Made by a program: the position numbers and the translations under genes. From Selaginella moellendorffii (Eukaryota > Plantae > Lycopodiophyta), in NCBI RefSeq assembly GCF_000143415.4, contig NW_003314667.1, positions 1-7,838 of the forward strand: a stretch of DNA of 7,838 nt, given 5' to 3'. Positions 1-7,500 of this stretch are shown in pieces; within the stretch, counting starts at the first letter, position 1, and every line of letters starts with the position of its first letter. Below the pieces are notes generated by a model. The model made no database searches and was not told the origin of the DNA. It saw nothing but the letters and a program-made list of their open reading frames with translations.

Positions 1-1860
1 TTGACTGCTGAGGATTCTGTTGAAAGACTTATGCCATGGCATTGGGCTGTCATTGGAGGATCTGAAAAGTATACTTGGCTTGTCGACTCTCACTTGGAAA
101 GAAGCGTAAGATTGTTTAATGGGAATGTGGACTTTGAAAGGTGGCAACAGGTGTTTCATTTAATTGAAGCCCATCGCTCACATGAGCCGGATTTGGTGTG
201 TTGGAAAGTATTAAACCGTATTCAGGCGCAGCACAAGAAACTTGAGCCTGGATTATTGGCTTGCATTGCGGCTTTAGGAGATAGTGACACAAATGAAAAG
301 CTTGCATCACTTCTCATTAAATTCTCATCGGACGAGCAGGCTAAGGATTACATTTTAAAAATAGTCAAGGAATCACGAATATTGGAATGGGCCGCATTTT
401 ATGCCAAGGACACAACAAGGGGAAGAACACGAGCGAGCGATGTAGAGCCAATGTTCAGGGCCTTGCAGATCTTAAGCCAACTAGATCGTCGTGGCAAAGA
501 GCCGCTAAGTAGATATGCTTCTAGCAGCCAGTTTTTGGAGGATGCTTTCAAGGTTGGTTTCCTTAGTGCAGATGTGTGGAAATCCGGGTTTGCCACGAGC
601 CTAGCTACAGCATGCAGTCGATGGGGGCTTGGCGATCTGATCAAGTCAGTCCTGCTGCCAAGTGCTCGTTGGTCTGACCAGGAATCGAATGAGAATCTAA
701 ACAGGGTCCACAGAAGTAGACATTTGGTCCACATGAGCATCTCTAACTTGGAGGAGGACATCCCTCTGGCTTACTGGTTAACAAGGCTGAAAGTGAAAAA
801 CACAGCAGAAAGTAGTGGAAGATCAAACCAAGAGGAGAACAAGAGCGAAGCTCTTGTAAAGAAAGTTGAAGATCTTTTAGAAAGCAGGAAGATTGGAGGG
901 ATGCTGGAGTACCCAAATGACAAGGGAGCTCACACAGGCAGGACTGCCTTGCATTGGTCCACCATCTTTGAGGAGACCTCTACCACCCTCTCTATCCTCC
1001 ATACAAGGAATTGTAGAGTTGACATATTTGACAACTTTGGAAAGGCACCATATTGGTATGCTCCAAAATCCTGGAAAAACAGCTTTCTGCTCAACAGCCT
1101 GAAGTGGGAGCAGTACCTGGACAACTTGCACAGGGACCGGGGACTGTTTGTAGATGCCCTCAATGCCATATTGGTGGGGGCAGCTCTGATTGCAGGTGTG
1201 ACATACACTGGATCCTTGAGCCCACCTCTGCAATACTCCCTGAAGCTCATGAAGCACGGCCAGCAGGAGGATGACCTCAAGTATGTGGCCATCAACAATC
1301 CAGGAGTGAAAGCATTCTGGATCTTCAACAGCCTCTCCTTCTTCTTTGCGATGGCAAGCGCACTGGCTGGAGTTGCAGGCATCCTCCCACTGCCCCAGGT
1401 GTTTGACTTGGGTGTGATTGACAGGCTGAGGTGGACACTGCTCCTCGCTGCAAGCCTGCTGGTTGGCTCGATTTGCTTTGTTCTTGTGGCGTTTACATGT
1501 GCAGGCTTTGCAGTCTTGCCACCTTTGTTCCGCTACAACGTTGTTATGATAGTCACATCGGTGCCGGGGGGATTGCTGTGCATGCTGATGACTTTGCTGT
1601 TTATCAAGGCGCTCTCTCCGCTTGTGTCTTGGGCGTACACATGGTATACTGATGCTCCTGGTCTGAAAGCCCCGAAACAGCAGGTTAGAGTGGAGGAAAC
1701 TGCCGTGGATGTTGTCGACACTGAGGACCAGAATTCCGGCAAGATCTTGAAGTGGGTGCTGGAGCCAAGTGAACAACCGGTTTACTCTCGTTTGATCTAC
1801 GTGAGGACTCCTGGATACCCGTGGATGGATGGCTTGGATCGGCTTGGTCAGAGTAGCTGA
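1..1860 (+). CDS. Ankyrin-repeat / PGG-domain transmembrane protein (ACD6/ITN1-like architecture), 5'-partial
   Basis: 619-codon frame open from base 1 (TTG, so the true start is probably upstream) to TGA at 1858-1860. Ankyrin motif GRTALHW...VDIFDNFGKAPYWYA at 937-1062, plus degenerate ankyrin-like segments (PWHWAVIGG, LATACSRWGLGDLIKSVL). PGG-type segment NAILVGAALIAGVTYTGSLSPPLQY, then FWIFNSLSFFFA, and four hydrophobic helices in all. No intron is needed. Confidence 0.88.
   Translation: MTAEDSVERLMPWHWAVIGGSEKYTWLVDSHLERSVRLFNGNVDFERWQQVFHLIEAHRSHEPDLVCWKVLNRIQAQHKKLEPGLLACIAALGDSDTNEKLASLLIKFSSDEQAKDYILKIVKESRILEWAAFYAKDTTRGRTRASDVEPMFRALQILSQLDRRGKEPLSRYASSSQFLEDAFKVGFLSADVWKSGFATSLATACSRWGLGDLIKSVLLPSARWSDQESNENLNRVHRSRHLVHMSISNLEEDIPLAYWLTRLKVKNTAESSGRSNQEENKSEALVKKVEDLLESRKIGGMLEYPNDKGAHTGRTALHWSTIFEETSTTLSILHTRNCRVDIFDNFGKAPYWYAPKSWKNSFLLNSLKWEQYLDNLHRDRGLFVDALNAILVGAALIAGVTYTGSLSPPLQYSLKLMKHGQQEDDLKYVAINNPGVKAFWIFNSLSFFFAMASALAGVAGILPLPQVFDLGVIDRLRWTLLLAASLLVGSICFVLVAFTCAGFAVLPPLFRYNVVMIVTSVPGGLLCMLMTLLFIKALSPLVSWAYTWYTDAPGLKAPKQQVRVEETAVDVVDTEDQNSGKILKWVLEPSEQPVYSRLIYVRTPGYPWMDGLDRLGQSS
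1147..1610 (+). other. PGG domain / four predicted transmembrane helices of the ankyrin protein
   Basis: Hydrophobic segments AILVGAALIAGVTYTGSL, AFWIFNSLSFFFAMASALAGVAGIL, WTLLLAASLLVGSICFVLVAFTCAGFAVL and VVMIVTSVPGGLLCMLMTLLFI. They match the recalled PGG consensus (LLVVATLIATVTF.AG..PPGG ... F...N..AF..S). Confidence 0.8.
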
Positions 1861-2391
1861 GTTGTCTTGTTTGCTCTCGCGGCTTCATCCCCATCTGCTG
1901 CTTTTGACCGCTTTGATCTTCACAGTACCTGATTTGTAGCACTTGCTATAAGCTCCTGATTAATCACCAGACCGTGCTCTTCTCCGGCTTCTTCGGCCAC
2001 CAGGTATGCCTCTCGCAGGAAAACGTATTGCTCGGCTGCCAGCCAAGGTGGTGACGTTCAAGACGAGCGCCCTCTACTACACGGTAAAGCTCATGAGCTC
2101 CAGGATCCCGGAGACCCCAGCCGGACCGCTGGGAGAATTCGTAAGGAACGGTAGCCTCTGGAAGTTCTCGAGCTGCTCGAGCTAGAGCCTTCCGGATATG
2201 AGATGACAAAGGCCGCGTCCTTGATTGAGCCACCACCTTTCTTCCGTTCCGTCACAGCCAGTTCTCCGTCCCATGAAACCAGCTCGACGTAGGAATCCTC
2301 GGAAGAAGGCGACCCGGAATTGTTCAAGACTCTGCAGTTCTTCGCATGGCAATGGCTGTTCTTGGCCTGGGGGCTTTATGGCTGTTGAAGC

Positions 2392-3135
2392 CTGTTCCAG
2401 AAGAGCAGTGAGACTTGCACGCAGGGAACTCGAGCTTAACTTGAAGAAAATCCAGGAATGCATGCAGGTGATATTTGACGTGCACAGCATAGAATGCAGT
2501 GAGTGCTTTAAAGCAACGATACCTGAGCTGAGAAAGAAGAAGCACAATCAGAGGTGGAGTTGAACGTCTGAGACAACTTACAGCCGAAGCAAGAGCAGAG
2601 CCTGACTTCTGGCACGCGCCGTTTCATGACAAAATCTATAGCAAGCTCTGGGAGAGTCAGAGTGAGTTACCTGAGCCTCGCAACAGTCGACTTCCGGTCA
2701 GAAGGCAAACTGTTCACTGGTGGTGTCACTCGCCAACTAAAGATAAGTCAAATTGGCCTCTCAAAAACTTTCGAGTGCACTTATCAGTCCCTGCGCCAAA
2801 AAAAAAGCAAGGCCCAGCATACTGCAGACATAGAGAATCAGTTCGAAGAGCCTAGCATCAAAGACGACGCCGACACCTCACCTCCAGAAGAAATCTACGG
2901 AGATTTCCAGCTAGTGCATTCGGAAGCCGCGTTGACGATTGGAGCAATCGGCTTTTGCTGCCACGAGCTTCTAAAACAAGCCACGTATCTCAAAAAGCTG
3001 ACGCAAGAGCTGCTACTGCAGGAAGAAGAAGAATCGCAAAGTTAGAATTGGATATAGTTTTGTAAGCAAAATGTAAGCAAGAATGCCTGCAAACCTGCAG
3101 GCAAAGCATCTTTGAACTAAATTTTAAAAACTTAC
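2392..3135 (-). other. Cluster of predicted minus-strand introns flanking non-coding exons (spliced UTR, lncRNA or decayed gene)
   Basis: Minus-strand donors GTAAGT (3135), GTGAGG (2881), GTAACT (2670), GTAAGT (2581) and GTATCG (2522). CAG acceptors, several with pyrimidine tracts, at 3087/3016, 2822/2791, 2609, 2528 and 2392. Several pairs give 49-62 nt introns like those in the neighbouring genes. Exon 2790-2671 has stops in all three frames. Confidence 0.45.
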
Positions 3136-3215
3136 ACTCTCAAAATCAGCATATAGCGAAGATGCCAGAAACTGAGTCTCATTCAGACGTAAAACTACAT
3201 AAAGTACATAAATCG

Positions 3216-4054
3216 TCAACCTCTTGCAGAGAGCAAGGCTTGTAATTCACCCCTTCTCTTTTCTAGCTCCTGCAAATCCAGATTAGAGCACAATTCGCAA
3301 AATCTACGCAAGAGATACCTCGAGATCTTTAGCAGCCTTCTCGCGCTCTTTTGATTTTTCAATGCGGGAACGCTTGAATTTTTTAATGCACAAAAGGCCC
3401 TGCCAGTTGATGCAAGAAAGCCGTGGTAAAACCTCCAAGAAAACGAACAAAAGCATACTCACTGCTACAACGTAAACTGCACCACATCCCAGGAGCATTC
3501 CACTAGCGACTTCCGAAAAGACCACTTGATAAGCACGGTCCTTGTGCTCATCTGATAGGGCCTTTGTCATCACTGCTACACTGCAAAACCAAGCTCTCGT
3601 TAGCAAAGAAGAGCGAAGAAAGAAATTTTGTAAGAGAAGCTTAGCATGCCTCGTCCAACCCAGTACTCAAGAACCTATGCACAAAACGAGCGAGCAATCA
3701 CATCGAAAGAGCAGAAGAAAAGCGATTCTAGAACTTACACGCCAGAACTTCAAGAAGAATTCCCATTCGGTCTCGGCCACAGCGACGAAGAGCGCGATCA
3801 CTACCGCGTAGCAGCGAAGAATCCTTCAAATATCTGTAGAAACGAAGGTGAAACATCCATCTAGGCTCGATGTTCGACGAGAAGAGAAACTTACATCGCG
3901 GCCATGCTTGAAGGCTCGCACCACCGAAATCACACTCACCGCAGTGCACAGCAAGGCCGAGATCGCAGTGAGAGCGCTAAATATCCGAAATGCGATCACC
4001 AGAGCGTCCGGCCCTCGCGGCTCTCGTCGATCTAGACTGCTTCTGCTGCTCTCG
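3216..4054 (-). pseudogene. Plant COPI-associated / TVP15-like small membrane protein gene, 6 exons, disrupted as assembled (frameshift + lost donor); 5' end in the gap
   Basis: Minus-strand exons: >4054-3895 (ESSRSSLDRREPRGPDALVIAFRIFSALTAISALLCTAVSVISVVRAFKHGRD), 3833-3739 (IFEG/ILRCYAVVIALFVAVAETEWEFFLKFWR, 95 nt), 3674-~3642 (VLEYWVGRGML), 3580-3463 (VAVMTKALSDEHKDRAYQVVFSEVASGMLLGCGAVYVVA), 3399-3319 (GLLCIKKFKRSRIEKSKEREKAAKDLE), 3269-3216 (ELEKRRGELQALLSARG*). GT-AG introns of 61, 64, 63 and 49 nt; the third intron has an AG acceptor but no GT donor. The motifs RCYAVVIA-ETEW-VLEYW.GRGML-VAVMT-G.LCI-A.KDLEE match the plant COPI_assoc family as I recall it (e.g. Arabidopsis At4g33625). 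Confidence 0.85.
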
Positions 4055-4507
4055 NNNNNNNNNNNNNNNNNNNNNNNNNNNNNNNNNNNNNNNNNNNNNN
4101 NNNNNNNNNNNNNNNNNNNNNNNNNNNNNNNNNNNNNNNNNNNNNNNNNNNNNNNNNNNNNNNNNNNNNNNNNNNNNNNNNNNNNNNNNNNNNNNNNNNN
4201 NNNNNNNNNNNNNNNNNNNNNNNNNNNNNNNNNNNNNNNNNNNNNNNNNNNNNNNNNNNNNNNNNNNNNNNNNNNNNNNNNNNNNNNNNNNNNNNNNNNN
4301 NNNNNNNNNNNNNNNNNNNNNNNNNNNNNNNNNNNNNNNNNNNNNNNNNNNNNNNNNNNNNNNNNNNNNNNNNNNNNNNNNNNNNNNNNNNNNNNNNNNN
4401 NNNNNNNNNNNNNNNNNNNNNNNNNNNNNNNNNNNNNNNNNNNNNNNNNNNNNNNNNNNNNNNNNNNNNNNNNNNNNNNNNNNNNNNNNNNNNNNNNNNN
4501 NNNNNNN
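4055..4507. other. Assembly gap (453 N)
   Basis: Run of N characters. It hides the 5' ends of both flanking genes. Confidence 1.
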
Positions 4508-7500
4508 CGCGTCGAGGGAGATCACATCAAAGCCGCGGCCGAGGTAGAGCCTTGGTTTCGTCGGTCTGTCGTGTCTTCCTGTCCGAGGCTTATACACGAA
4601 AGTAAGAAAAATAAAACGCAGGCTGTGCGATTCGAGGCCGAGAATGAGCTCAATGCTTATAAGAAGGTAAGAACTTCGTTCCTTCCATTTTTTGGTTTTC
4701 ATTCTTTTTTTCTTCTTCTTCAATAGACATCTCAAGAGCGGCAAGAAGCATTGGAGGCGACTCACAACCAAAAGATGGAGCTTGTTGAGGGGTATGATTT
4801 TCACTTTGCAACTAGGAGGAGGAATGCTTACTAGGAATGTGGTGCTCTAGAGCAACAGGAATATGGCTTTAACGAGGGAGACGCTGGATAAAGCGACTAC
4901 TGAGCTCCAGACAACGCTAGAAACAATCAGCCGTCTTTCGGATGTGTGTAAGATTCTTTTATTGCTCTCATTTGGCTAAATGCTCGCTTTCAGGAGCTTG
5001 AAGAAGCAAAGCGTTTGCACGAAAAAGAGGTAAGGTTGCTAAGTACGAACGACAACTTCATGCCGGTCTTTGTTTGATTTTCACCGGCCAGATTGGAAAG
5101 GAACGGATTGAAAGAAAGAGCGAGGTAGAGGCTCTTTTGCAAAAGCACGAGGCTGAACTTCGGGCCCGGATTGAACGTCAAGAGGAAGAGCAAATGAAGC
5201 AAGAGGCTTCACACGAAGACCTGATGGATGTGAGAGCTTAATCACGTGTTTTGGTTCGTATTACGTTCGGTTTGATTATTTTCTCAGCAACTTCGAGCTT
5301 ATTACAAAGACGAGATCAGTCGGCTGAAGGTAAGCTCGTCAGTTGATTCGATTTGTAAAATTTTATACTTTTGCAGGTAGAGAACGAAGAGAAGGTGTCT
5401 ACGCTTCAACAAAACTATCATGCATTGCAATACGACTTGACTACCGAAGTAAGAATTTAATGATCTGGTCCAGTTTCACCTATCACTGGCTTTTTGTTTT
5501 TCAGAAACTAGCCATTCAGAACAGGCTGACTGTTGTTTACAAGGAAAGGGAAGCTCTAGCAAAAGAGACGGCCATGCTGAAAGGAAGCCTCAGAGAGGCC
5601 AATTCCTTGATTGAGAACGCTCATGCGGAGCATCTCCAGGTGGTTTGCTTGTTCTCTTGCTTTGGTTTCCTACTTTATCGTTCTTACGCTCTTGTATGAT
5701 CTTGCCACGTAAAGGATTGCAGACGAGGTCTAGTTTGGAAGACGACATCCAAGTCCTGAAGGAAGACAACAGGCATTTGGTGCTACTCGTTTTGACGTCC
5801 CAATTATTTACATTTACAATTGCTTCATGTTGATCACCATATCAGGAGGAGCGATTGAAAGGTGCCCTTGCAGATATGTACAAGTTGTCCGAGCATGCAG
5901 AGTAAACTCCTGGCTCTGTTTGTCCGGTATAATTTTTTTCTTTCTTCCGAGTGGCCTTCTACAGTGTTGAGAAGAATGCATCTGCGACAAGCTTGGCTGA
6001 ACTGGTAGTACTTCGTTTTTCTAATTTTCGATAAATCTTGTTTTGTTTTGGCAGGAAGATACAATCCGAAGATTAAAGTACGAGTTAGATAAGATGACTA
6101 GCAGCAGTAAGAAGAAAGAGGACATTATCAATAATGATAACTGCAAGGTTGGGGATTGCATGGGTTTTATGTTGAAGAAAATTTCAAACTAACGTTGATT
6201 TTTTCAGATTGAACAACTGCACTCGTCCTTAACAAAGACCCAGAGAGAGCTGGACGTTGCATTGGCAGAGGTTTGCTGAAAGTGTTTGGGTTGTTATTGA
6301 ACTTTGTCTCAACAGCTCGAGAAAGAACGATATAACATAGCAGTTAAGGACGACGAGATTCAAGAGCTAGATTCTGTGAAGAGAGGAATTGGTGAAGAAG
6401 CGTCCCAGCTGCGTTCAAGCCTTTCAGAAGTATAATCAACAGTCCAAACTTTCTTATTTGATTCGTGTGTTTTAGAAAGAAGACTATATTCAACGGCTGG
6501 AGGTCAAGCTTAAAATTGGCGTGGCCGAACATGAGTTGAAACTGAAAAACACGGAGGAAGACTTTTCGCGAACGGTAGTACTTTTCTTCTTTCTTGTTTA
6601 TTTATATTACTGTTCCTTCTTGTGTTCTACAGAGAGAACTTCGGCGAGAGAAGCACCGGAAAGAAGTCAAGGGATTGCAGTCTAAGCTGAAGGAGCAACA
6701 ACTGAAACACCTGACTCATTTAAATATTTATCAGAAAAGGGTAAGCAAATGAAACATATGTTTTGATATCAATTGTAGTGTCGTGTGTGAAAGGTTGATC
6801 ACCTCGAGGCTGAAATTGAGACGTTGAAAGTACATGGTGAACATGAGCTTAAGTCTCTAAACTCCCAAGTAACAGATCGTGAAGACAATTTTAAACTGGT
6901 ACGCTGAAACTGGTCGACGATTTGAGCTTTATGTTCTGATGTGAAGGTGTGCTTAAATTTCGAACGAAAACTTCAAGAGTCTCAACGAAAGGGTACACAG
7001 CTGGAAGAGTCACTGGAGTTGCTGGCTCAAGAGGTAAGAAGATTGTCTCGTGTTTATTTGATCTGAATCAGTTGGTAGTTTTCAGCTTCGTTCGAGAGAA
7101 AGGCAAAAGGTTGCTGACATCGAATCATTAAACCGAGAAGTTGAGGATGCGAAACTTGCGGAGAAGAATGCCGAAGCGGCGGCTTTGCAAAGCTATTTGG
7201 CCAAGCTTGAACAGTAAACAAAAGACAAGGACGCGTTCATAGTCGTAGTTGTCATCACTGTAGGAAGGAGAAGGAATTCCATCAGAACGTGGAAGACGAA
7301 TATGAGCGAGCTGAATGCGCAATTCAGAAGTTGAACGAGATGCATGCTATCGCTATAGAAGTTGCTCTCCATAACCATCAGGTTGGGCCTGTGTTTTTTT
7401 TTTCTTCTTTGCTTGTTTAGTAATTTTGCAAATTCTGCAGATGGAGCGTGACGCTCTTAAAAACGCGTTTGAGGAAACTAAGGTAAATCATTTTCAATTT

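Noticed and set aside
1564-1572. Literal PGG tripeptide in the last hydrophobic helix
   Set aside because: Wrong position for the domain's namesake motif, which follows the first helix and here reads PPLQY.
877-1776. 299-aa minus-strand ORF (and other ORFs nested in 1-1860)
   Set aside because: Antisense shadows of the ankyrin-PGG coding sequence. They have H/Q/C-rich composition mirroring hydrophobic codons and no recognisable motif.
2088-2184. 12-bp palindrome AGCTCATGAGCT and tandem CTCGAGCT x2
   Set aside because: Isolated short motifs with no supporting structure.
2182-2563. Overlapping 112-121 aa ORFs on both strands
   Set aside because: Non-ATG starts in a eukaryotic context, no recognisable domain, and they cross predicted intron-like sequence.
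3061-3103. Short tandem repeat TGTAAGCAA x2 and 7-bp hairpin TGCCTGC/GCAGGCA
   Set aside because: Too short to distinguish from chance; no transposon termini or target-site duplication evident.
3848-4804. ORFs of 185-292 aa spanning the N run
   Set aside because: Artefacts of translating through the assembly gap.
5902-7390. Repeated donor sequences (GTAGTACTT at 6005 and 6575, GTAAAC at 5902 and 7214, GTTGGG at 6148 and 7382) as evidence of exon duplication
   Set aside because: Flanking exons and intron bodies show no visible similarity, and short matches are expected among 23 donors.
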